Below are positions 17,819 to 26,056 of a stretch of DNA of 32,000 nt, piece by piece (within the stretch, counting starts at the first letter, position 1; each line of letters starts with the position of its first letter). This DNA is from Candidatus Hermodarchaeota archaeon (GTDB lineage Archaea > Asgardarchaeota > Heimdallarchaeia > Hodarchaeales > Hodarchaeaceae), in NCBI GenBank assembly GCA_048886185.1, contig JBHLKY010000002.1, positions 60,001 to 92,000 of the forward strand, written 5' to 3'. A model generated the notes under the pieces. That model did not search any database and was not told the DNA's origin. It saw nothing but the letters and a program-made list of their open reading frames with translations. The position numbers and the translations under genes are program-made.

Positions 17819-19780
17819 CTGAAAATAGAGACCTTGAGCTGTTTTTTTATTGGATTTATCCTCTTAGGATTTTGCACCTCTAATACTGCTAATCAAACAC
17901 ACTTGGTTATTAAGAGCTCCAAGTGGGCCTCGGAGTTTCGCCCTTATGGGGGATATGTCGACGAGATAGAGTTTGTAATTTTCACAGAAACAGAAATCCC
18001 CCTTGCTATGTTAGCACTCCAAAACGGAGATATTGACGCATATGATGAACGTATATTACAAGATTATCTTGCAGCGCTCGTAAGGGATCAGAATATTGAT
18101 GTAACCTTCACTCCTAGTGTTCGTTATCGAGCACTCACCTTGAATTGTGAGAAATTCCCACTTAATATCACAGCATTCCGTCGAGCGATGGCTTTTGGGT
18201 TTGATAAATACCGAGCGAATGTAGAATGCATTGGAGGTGTTGGCCAACCTCAAGATGGTCACATCCCAATTAGCGCTACTGAATGGGAGATAGACAGTGA
18301 GGTCTCAAATCACTTCTATGAGGCCGATTTTGCCTCAGGAAACGCATCTCTGGAAAATGCTGGCTTTATCGATTTAGACGGTGATGGTTGGCGGGAATTT
18401 GATGCTGATGGTTCCAAAGATTGGTCTGTTGGGGACTTAGACCATGATGCATATGCTGATGGTGATATTATACAACTATATGCCAGTCTTGGATACGATC
18501 CACCGATTAGAGTCTGTAATATCATGGTTGATGGGCTTAGATCTATGGGTATAATGGCTGAAACATTAGTAGATTGGTTTGATTACATGAGTGAATTATG
18601 GTCTGGTAGAGGTTGGGCTCTTTGCTGGACAGAGGGCATTACTATCACTAATCCTTCACAATTGCTATATGACAATTTTCGAACTGATGCAAAATATAAT
18701 AGAGACCCGTATAGCTATTATCACTTCAGTAATGCCACTATTGATCAGGTTCTCGACCAAATGATAAATTCGACCTCCCTTGAAGATACTAAAAGCTATG
18801 CAAAGGAAGCTGCTTCATTACTGGCTTTTGAACAACCTCAGATTGTATGCTACAACGATGTCAATATTAACGCTTATCGAACAGACAAGTTTGAGGGATT
18901 CTTTGAGTTCAAAGGAATTGGTTCTTCGTCAGGAGATAATCCATATCTTATGCCTAAAGTATTCAGAAAGGAATCAGAAGGGGGGCCTTATGGGGGAACG
19001 TTCAAATATTGTTTATCGGGTAAGCTAAACACGCTTAATCCTTATTTATATCAAACTGATTATGATAGAACAGTCTTCCAGAACATCTATGAGACCCTGT
19101 GGAATATCGACCCATTCACTTGGGATCCCATTCCAGGGTTAGCTTATGATTGGGACATCGAACAAACAATTGCCAATGATGATATCCGTGATGGTCAGAA
19201 ATATACTTACTATCTGTATCAGAATGAAACCTGGCATGATGGAACACCATTCACAGCTCAAGACGTTAATGTCTCGATCCTTCAGTGGAGAAGCTCTCCC
19301 CGCAGTGGTCCTGAGATGAAAGACATTTACAAGATCGAAATACCAGATGATTACACCATTGTCATATATGTGAATGAGACTGGTTTCTTCGAGTTTGCTG
19401 ATACTCAAGTTCCATATATAATACCGACTCACATCTATGATCCAAGTCTTGTTGGAAATATCACAGTTTTCAATCCGACACTTGATGATATGATTGGTAC
19501 TGGTCCGTATAAGCTCGCTGCACATGTCTCTGGTGAATATATCAGCCTGGAACACAATACCAACTGGCGTTGGGATAACAGGACTAGAGTCCCGTTAACC
19601 CCTGATGAGTATTATTGGATTTCCTCACAAAGCGAAACGGAAACGTCTTCTTCCCGCACGTCTACCTACTCAGATCACTCGTTTGACCTGCTTCCTGTCA
19701 TCCAGATACTAGAATTAGGCACTATTGTGCTTTTTTTGGTAACCCTGGTAATCATAATCCGACGACATCAACTGAACTAA
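17819..19780 (+). CDS. ABC family-5 substrate-binding protein 2, circularly permuted
   Basis: Same motifs as SBP1. Start revised to CTG 17819 (GAGGAAGGA + 6 nt); TTG 17834 is five codons downstream and removes the basic n-region. Confidence 0.88.
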   Translation: MKIETLSCFFIGFILLGFCTSNTANQTHLVIKSSKWASEFRPYGGYVDEIEFVIFTETEIPLAMLALQNGDIDAYDERILQDYLAALVRDQNIDVTFTPSVRYRALTLNCEKFPLNITAFRRAMAFGFDKYRANVECIGGVGQPQDGHIPISATEWEIDSEVSNHFYEADFASGNASLENAGFIDLDGDGWREFDADGSKDWSVGDLDHDAYADGDIIQLYASLGYDPPIRVCNIMVDGLRSMGIMAETLVDWFDYMSELWSGRGWALCWTEGITITNPSQLLYDNFRTDAKYNRDPYSYYHFSNATIDQVLDQMINSTSLEDTKSYAKEAASLLAFEQPQIVCYNDVNINAYRTDKFEGFFEFKGIGSSSGDNPYLMPKVFRKESEGGPYGGTFKYCLSGKLNTLNPYLYQTDYDRTVFQNIYETLWNIDPFTWDPIPGLAYDWDIEQTIANDDIRDGQKYTYYLYQNETWHDGTPFTAQDVNVSILQWRSSPRSGPEMKDIYKIEIPDDYTIVIYVNETGFFEFADTQVPYIIPTHIYDPSLVGNITVFNPTLDDMIGTGPYKLAAHVSGEYISLEHNTNWRWDNRTRVPLTPDEYYWISSQSETETSSSRTSTYSDHSFDLLPVIQILELGTIVLFLVTLVIIIRRHQLN

Positions 19781-19851
19781 TTCACTTTCAGAAGCATTAA
19801 AAACAGATTCAAATTACTTAAAAGCTTATATTAAGGAAAAAGGCAAAATAA

Positions 19852-19879
19852 CAATTGCAGAAAAATAAAACTTAATTAA
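19852..19879 (+). promoter_or_regulatory. Conserved promoter element CAATTGC 20 nt upstream of TATA-like TTAATTAA (SBP3)
   Basis: Identical spacing to the SBP2 promoter. Confidence 0.55.
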
Positions 19880-19953
19880 GCGAACGAGCTCTAGATCACT
19901 AGAACTTCAGCTTTTGTTACTAAAAGCGGAAATGAAAAGAGGAAGGACTTGTT

Positions 19954-21966
19954 CTGAAAAAAGGGGTATTAAATTATCTTATTATAGGATTTATCCTCCT
20001 AGCATTATGTACCCCAAACACCGTTAGAACAACAACTTTAATTTTAAAGAGCTCTAAGTGGTCCTCGGAGTTCCGCCCTTTTGGCGGATATGTGGACACA
20101 GTCCAGTTCTTAATTTATCCACTAACCGAATATCCTCTACCGATGCTAGCTTTGCAATTGGGAGATATCGATGCATTTGACGAACAGGTTCGGCAAGATT
20201 ACCTTGCTGGACTTCATAGGGACCCAAATATCGAACAAACTTTTACTCCGAGTTTAAGATATCGGGCACTGACCCTAAATTGTGCTAAATTCCCCACCAA
20301 TATCACAGCTTTTCGTCGTGCGATGGCGTTCGGGTTTGATAAAACCCGAGCGAATATCGAATGCATTGGAGGTGTTGGCCAACCTCAAGACAGTCATATT
20401 CCACTAATATCAACAGAGTGGGAAGTTGAAAGTGAACTCCCTGTGCACTTTTATGAGGCAGACTTTGTTGCTGGAAATGCATCACTTGAGAATGCTGGCT
20501 TCACCGACCTAGATGACGATGGTTGGCGTGAATACGATGCAGATGGCTCAGGTACATGGACTGCTGGCGACTTGGACCATACTTCATACACTGATGGTGG
20601 TATCATGGAGCTATATGCAACAGCAGGGTATGACCCTGCTATTAGAGCCTGTGATATCATGGTAGATGGGTTAGAGTCGATGGGTATCCGGTCAACTGTT
20701 GTTGAATTTGATTTACAACAATGGTTTGACTGTTTCTGCTTGCCCGTTCCTAGTGTTACTTGTTGGACAGAAGAAATTTCTATTGCCAATCCCTCAAGAA
20801 TCCTTTATGATAATTTTCATTCAACAGGGGGGAAGTATAACATAGATCCGTACAATTATTATCATTTTAGAAATAATACCATTAATTTTGCTTTGGATCA
20901 AATGATTACTTCCATAACCCTCAATGAAACCAAATACTATGCTCGGGAGGCTGCTAAATTATTAGCTTTTGAACAACCACAGATTGTCGTGTATAATGAC
21001 GTAATTATCAACGCTTATCGCACAGACAGATTTACAGGATTTTTTGAATTCAAAGGACTCGGAACTTCCTCAGGAGAAAATCCATATGTCGCCACAAAGG
21101 TACATCTCAAGGAATCATTAGGGGGACCTTACGGTGGATCCTTCAAATACTGTTTGTCGGGAGAGATGAATACATGGAATCCCTATCAACAAAAAACAAA
21201 ATACGAATCAACAGTCTTTCAATACATCTATGAGACTCTGTGGAATCTTGATCCCCTCACTTGGGATCCCATTCCAGGACTAGCGTATGATTGGAAAATT
21301 GAACAGACCTCCGCAAGTGGAGACATCCGTGAAGGCCAGAAATTCACCTTTTATTTATATCAGGATGAAACTTGGCATGATGGCGAGTCATTCACTGCAG
21401 CTGACGTGAACCACTCCATTTACATGTGGAGAGACAGCCCATATCATACTCCTAAAATGTGGGATATTTACAAGACGGAGCTTCCAGAAGGACCAGATGG
21501 ACACGTCATTGAAATCTATGTAAACGAAACGGGGTATTTTGAGTGGGTGGACACCACGCAATTCTATATCACCCCCAAGCATATCTGGCAAGAAGTAGAG
21601 AATGTCACCGCTTATAATCCAGCTATCAATGAGGTGATTGGAACGGGACCTTACAGGTTGGCCGATTGGGTACCTGGAGAATCAATCACTCTTGAACGAC
21701 ATGAAGACTGGCGATGGGACATTCGTGAAGTAAATTCTTACATTAATGGAGACACTTTTCCTTCAACTACACAACATCCAATAATAACCAGTGATGGTCA
21801 TTATTGGACTTCCTCACAAAGCGAAATGACAACCATTACTTATAACAATACCTACTTAGATTTCTCCATTAACCTGCTATCTGTCTTCCAGATTTTAGAG
21901 CTAGTTACTGTTGCGTTGTTCGTGGTCACTATAGTGATCATTATCCGCCGATACCAAGTGAATTAA
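19954..21966 (+). CDS. ABC family-5 substrate-binding protein 3, circularly permuted
   Basis: The frame is open upstream of the track start (GTG 20092) to a stop at 19933 and encodes a signal peptide collinear with SBP6. The only plausible initiator there is CTG 19954 (GAGGAAGGA + 6 nt). Confidence 0.88.
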   Translation: MKKGVLNYLIIGFILLALCTPNTVRTTTLILKSSKWSSEFRPFGGYVDTVQFLIYPLTEYPLPMLALQLGDIDAFDEQVRQDYLAGLHRDPNIEQTFTPSLRYRALTLNCAKFPTNITAFRRAMAFGFDKTRANIECIGGVGQPQDSHIPLISTEWEVESELPVHFYEADFVAGNASLENAGFTDLDDDGWREYDADGSGTWTAGDLDHTSYTDGGIMELYATAGYDPAIRACDIMVDGLESMGIRSTVVEFDLQQWFDCFCLPVPSVTCWTEEISIANPSRILYDNFHSTGGKYNIDPYNYYHFRNNTINFALDQMITSITLNETKYYAREAAKLLAFEQPQIVVYNDVIINAYRTDRFTGFFEFKGLGTSSGENPYVATKVHLKESLGGPYGGSFKYCLSGEMNTWNPYQQKTKYESTVFQYIYETLWNLDPLTWDPIPGLAYDWKIEQTSASGDIREGQKFTFYLYQDETWHDGESFTAADVNHSIYMWRDSPYHTPKMWDIYKTELPEGPDGHVIEIYVNETGYFEWVDTTQFYITPKHIWQEVENVTAYNPAINEVIGTGPYRLADWVPGESITLERHEDWRWDIREVNSYINGDTFPSTTQHPIITSDGHYWTSSQSEMTTITYNNTYLDFSINLLSVFQILELVTVALFVVTIVIIIRRYQVN

Positions 21967-22024
21967 TTCTTTTTTAATAGAATAATTACATTTCTCAATC
22001 TTTAGATGAATTATGAAAAAGCAT

Positions 22025-22054
22025 CATTTGCGGGAATAGGATGTTTTTTATAAT
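22025..22054 (+). promoter_or_regulatory. CATTTGC + TATA-like TTTATAAT upstream of the SBP4-5-6 unit
   Basis: Variant of the motif seen upstream of SBP2 and SBP3; spacing about 20-22 nt. Confidence 0.45.
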
Positions 22055-22124
22055 TTATTTACTCTTGAATAACCGATCTTTCTTTTTTATTTCGTGGTGA
22101 TTGTGAAAAGAGGAAGGAAATATC

Positions 22125-24080
22125 TCGCAAAAAAGAAAATTACTCACATTAATAATTGTAATTACTCTCCTAGGATTATTTTACCCTAATACCGTTAAAT
22201 CCACATCGTTAGGTAGTCGGAGCCCCAAATGGTCATCGGAATTTCGCCCATATGGAGGTTATGTTGATGAAATCAAGTTTATGATCTATCCTGATGAGGA
22301 AATCCCTCGCGCGATGTTAGCGCTACAAAATGGCGATATTGATGCCTATGATGAGCGCGTTCCGCAAGACTACTTAGCAGCTCTGGTGAGAGATCCAAAT
22401 ATTGAAGTAAGTTTTACACCAAGTGTCCGATACCGAGCTCTCACGCTAAACAGTGACCGATTTCCCTTAAACATCTCTGCGTTTCGTCGGGCTATGGCCT
22501 TCGGGTATGATAAATATCGTGCGAACTTGGAATGCATTGGAGGCGCGGGGTGGCCTCAAGATAGTTACATTCCGATAACTATCACTGAATGGGAAGTCGA
22601 GAGCGAGATGAGTGATCACTTCTATGAAGCAGATTATGTATTAGGCAACAGATCACTTGAAAACGCTGGATTCAAAGATATAGACGGGGATGGGTGGCGG
22701 GAATATGACAAAAACAATAATGGTGTGTGGGATACAGGCATTGACCTGAATGATGATGAATATGCCGATGGTGGGATAATAATACTCTACACAGTTCCTG
22801 GATATGACCCTGCCATCAAGGCGTGTGACATTATGGCAGATGGATTAGAAGCGATGGGGATTCGTAGTGAAGTTTTTGAACCTATTCTTATGCCTTATCC
22901 CTCCGATCATTGGAATCTTCATGTCAATTGTTGGACTGAAGGTATTCCTCTGATTAATCCATCTAAATGTTTGTATGATAACTTTAGAACAGGAGCGATT
23001 TTAAATACTGATCCTTACAACTACTATCACTTCAGTAACAGCACCATTGACGCAGTTTTCGACCAGATGATGGAAGCTACTAGCCTAGAGGACGTAAAGA
23101 CACATGCAAAAGAGGTTAATAGGTTATTAACCTTCGAACAACCGCAGATTGTTGTCTATAATGACGTGAATATTGGTGCTTACAGGAATGACAGGTGTGA
23201 AGGTTGGTTCGAGTTTACTGGATTAGGGCCGACTACGGGTGGTTATACCAAAAACAATCCGTACTGTGCTACCAAATTACATCTGAAGGAATCTTTGGGA
23301 GGACCATTTGGTGGAACGTTAAAGAACTGTTTATCGGGAGAAATGAATACGCGGAATCCCTATTTACTGCAAACAAGATACGATTCAACGGTCTTTCAGT
23401 ACATTTATGAGACCCTGTGGAATATCGACCCATATACCTGGGATCCTATTCCAGGCTTAGCGTATGATTGGGGGATTGAACAGACCACTGCGGGTGGAGA
23501 CATCCGAGATGGCCAAAAGGTCACATTTTACCTGTATGAAAACGAGACATGGCATGATGGAGAACCCTTTACTGCAGCTGACGTAAACCACTCCCTATAT
23601 CTGTGGAAGAGCTCTCCCCGAAGTGGGGTAGAGATGGCAGATATCTATAAAGTTGAGTTACCTAACGGACCCGATGGTCATACTATCGAAATATTTGTGA
23701 ATAAGACTGGATACTTCGAGTGGGCAGACACCACACACTTTTACATCACCCCCGAGCACATCTGGCGTGAGGTGACCAATGTGTCCGCTTTCGTTCCAAC
23801 TAACGATCAGATTGTTGGTACGGGGCCCTATAAGTGGAACGAACATGTCCCTGGAGAGTATATCAGGCTAGTTCGCGATGAGAAGTGGCGGTGGGATATC
23901 CGTGATGTTGGTTATTTGATTGAAAGCACTTATTCTACTCATTCCTCCACGAATGTACCTGCAACTGAAAGCTCTGCCCCAACAAGCACTCCAGGATTTA
24001 CTTCTGTAACCATACTAGTATTCGTTGTTGTTCTCCTTGTCAAGCGTTCAAAAAGAGAAAGAAAGAAGGATTACATATGA
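22125..24080 (+). CDS. ABC family-5 substrate-binding protein 4, circularly permuted; start codon anomalous
   Basis: The frame is open upstream of ATG 22281 to a stop at 22104 and encodes a signal peptide (QKRKLLTLIIVITLLGLFYPN) collinear with SBP6. The codon at the expected start is TCG. TPGF + TM + basic tail. Confidence 0.82.
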   Translation, partial: SQKRKLLTLIIVITLLGLFYPNTVKSTSLGSRSPKWSSEFRPYGGYVDEIKFMIYPDEEIPRAMLALQNGDIDAYDERVPQDYLAALVRDPNIEVSFTPSVRYRALTLNSDRFPLNISAFRRAMAFGYDKYRANLECIGGAGWPQDSYIPITITEWEVESEMSDHFYEADYVLGNRSLENAGFKDIDGDGWREYDKNNNGVWDTGIDLNDDEYADGGIIILYTVPGYDPAIKACDIMADGLEAMGIRSEVFEPILMPYPSDHWNLHVNCWTEGIPLINPSKCLYDNFRTGAILNTDPYNYYHFSNSTIDAVFDQMMEATSLEDVKTHAKEVNRLLTFEQPQIVVYNDVNIGAYRNDRCEGWFEFTGLGPTTGGYTKNNPYCATKLHLKESLGGPFGGTLKNCLSGEMNTRNPYLLQTRYDSTVFQYIYETLWNIDPYTWDPIPGLAYDWGIEQTTAGGDIRDGQKVTFYLYENETWHDGEPFTAADVNHSLYLWKSSPRSGVEMADIYKVELPNGPDGHTIEIFVNKTGYFEWADTTHFYITPEHIWREVTNVSAFVPTNDQIVGTGPYKWNEHVPGEYIRLVRDEKWRWDIRDVGYLIESTYSTHSSTNVPATESSAPTSTPGFTSVTILVFVVVLLVKRSKRERKKDYI

Positions 24081-26056
24081 GGAAAACACATATGTATCTT
24101 TTAATGATCGGAATCGTACTTTTAGGCATTTTATGTCCCATTCCTCAGTCTAAATCAGCGATAGAGGAAAGAGTTCCCACATGGTCATCAGATTTCCGTC
24201 CATATGGAGGGTATGTCGATGAAGTCAAGTTTATAATCTATCCTGATGAGGACATCCCTCTGGCGATATTAGCACTACAAAAAGGGGACATTGATGCCTA
24301 TGATGAGAGTGTTCCACAAGATTACTTAGCAGCTCTTGTGAATGATCCGAACATTGAAGTGACTTTTACACCAAGTGTCAGATACAGAGTCCTCAAGTTA
24401 AATTGTGAGCTTTTCCCCTTAAACATCACCGCATTTCGTCGGGCTTTGGCCTTCGGGTATGATAAATATCGTGCGAACTTGGAATGCATTGGAGGCGCGG
24501 GGTGGCCTCAAGATAGTTACATTCCGATAACTATCACTGAATGGGAAGTCGAGAGCGAGATGAGTGATCACTTCTATGAGGCAGATTATGTGTTAGGCAA
24601 CAGATCACTTAAAAATGCTGGTTTCAAAGACTTAGATGGAGACGGGTGGCGAGAATATGACAAAAACAATAATAGTGTTTGGGATCCAGGGGTTGATTTA
24701 GACGATGATACTTATGCTCAAAGTCATTATACCAATGATATGGGCATCTTGGATATGTTTGTTACAGCAGGATATGACCCTGCTATCAAGGCGTGTGAAA
24801 TAATGGTAGATACTCTTGCAGAAATGGGGATTCGTTCGAAAATCATTGAAATAGACCCGCGTGCTCTCGATTCCTATCCTTCTGATCTTTATCTAAACGG
24901 TGAGGTAATTTGCCAGACTGATGGTATTGCTTTTATTAATACACCTAAATTTCTGTATAATAATTTTGCTACTGGAGGATGGCTTAATACAGATCCCTAC
25001 AATCATTATCATTTTAATAATGACACGATCTCTGCTATTCTTGAAGATATGGTCGCTGCCAGTGATATCAATGAAGTTAAGCAATATGCTCGTGAAGCAA
25101 GCTCACTATTGGCCTTTGAGCAACCACAAATTGTGGTTTACAACGATGTTGACATCAATGCTTACCGTAATGACAGATTTGATGGCTGGTTTGAATTTAG
25201 GGGTGCTGGGGTGTCCAGTGGTGACAACTGGGCCTGTGCAACCAAGGTACACCTCAAAGAGTCCCATGTTGGGCCTTATGGTGGAAGCTTCTACTATTGT
25301 TTATCTGATAACATGGGAACCTTAAATCCCTATTACCAAAAAACGGGTTACGAAGATACTGTTTTTCAGTACATCTATGAAAAACTATGGAATATCGATC
25401 CAATTACCTGGGATCCTATTCCAGGATTAGCGTACAATTGGGAGATTGAGCAGACCTCTGCAGGTGGAGACAATCAAGATGGCCAAAAGTTCACGTTCTA
25501 CCTGTATGAGAACGAGACATGGCATGATGGGGAACCCTTTACTGCAGCCGACGTGAATCACTCCATCTACCTGTGGAGGAGCTCTCCTCGAAGTAAAGTA
25601 GAAATGGCAGATATCTATAAAGTTGAGTTGCCCGAGGGGCCAGAAGGCCATATTATCGAAATTTTTGTCAATAAGACAGGATATTTTAAGTGGGCGGATA
25701 CCACGCGCTTTTACATTACCCCTGAACATATCTGGCGCGATGTGACAAATATATCAGCATTCATTCCGACTGACGATCAAACGATTGGCACGGGGCCTTA
25801 TATGTGGAACGAACATGTCCCTGGAGAGTACATCAGTCTTCTTCGTCACGAGGATTGGCGGTGGGATATCCGTGACAAAGATAATCATTTTATAAGTCAG
25901 TTCGGATCCACTCAATGCTCGACATCAATTACGATATCTCAGAGCTCTATCCCAACAACCAGTCCAGGGTTCACTGCTTTAACGTCACTAGCGTTATTAG
26001 TAGGTGCTCTCTTTGTTAAACTGTCGAAAAGAAAAGGAAAGGAGAATTACCCATGA
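24077..26056 (+). CDS. ABC family-5 substrate-binding protein 5, circularly permuted
   Basis: ATG overlaps the SBP4 stop (ATGA). SD AAGAAGGA + 6 nt. Signal peptide; SPGF + TM + basic tail. Confidence 0.9.
   Translation: MRKTHMYLLMIGIVLLGILCPIPQSKSAIEERVPTWSSDFRPYGGYVDEVKFIIYPDEDIPLAILALQKGDIDAYDESVPQDYLAALVNDPNIEVTFTPSVRYRVLKLNCELFPLNITAFRRALAFGYDKYRANLECIGGAGWPQDSYIPITITEWEVESEMSDHFYEADYVLGNRSLKNAGFKDLDGDGWREYDKNNNSVWDPGVDLDDDTYAQSHYTNDMGILDMFVTAGYDPAIKACEIMVDTLAEMGIRSKIIEIDPRALDSYPSDLYLNGEVICQTDGIAFINTPKFLYNNFATGGWLNTDPYNHYHFNNDTISAILEDMVAASDINEVKQYAREASSLLAFEQPQIVVYNDVDINAYRNDRFDGWFEFRGAGVSSGDNWACATKVHLKESHVGPYGGSFYYCLSDNMGTLNPYYQKTGYEDTVFQYIYEKLWNIDPITWDPIPGLAYNWEIEQTSAGGDNQDGQKFTFYLYENETWHDGEPFTAADVNHSIYLWRSSPRSKVEMADIYKVELPEGPEGHIIEIFVNKTGYFKWADTTRFYITPEHIWRDVTNISAFIPTDDQTIGTGPYMWNEHVPGEYISLLRHEDWRWDIRDKDNHFISQFGSTQCSTSITISQSSIPTTSPGFTALTSLALLVGALFVKLSKRKGKENYP

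Noticed and set aside
19932-22135. Programmed +1 frameshift starts for SBP3 (ATG 19932, A6 run 19957-19962) and SBP4 (GTG 22103, A6 run 22129-22134)
   Set aside because: Deleting one A would join these starts in frame, but the equivalent upstream NTGs of SBP1 and SBP2 are in a different relative frame, and the SD-N6-CTG register explains SBP1-3 more simply. A homopolymer indel remains a minor alternative for SBP4.
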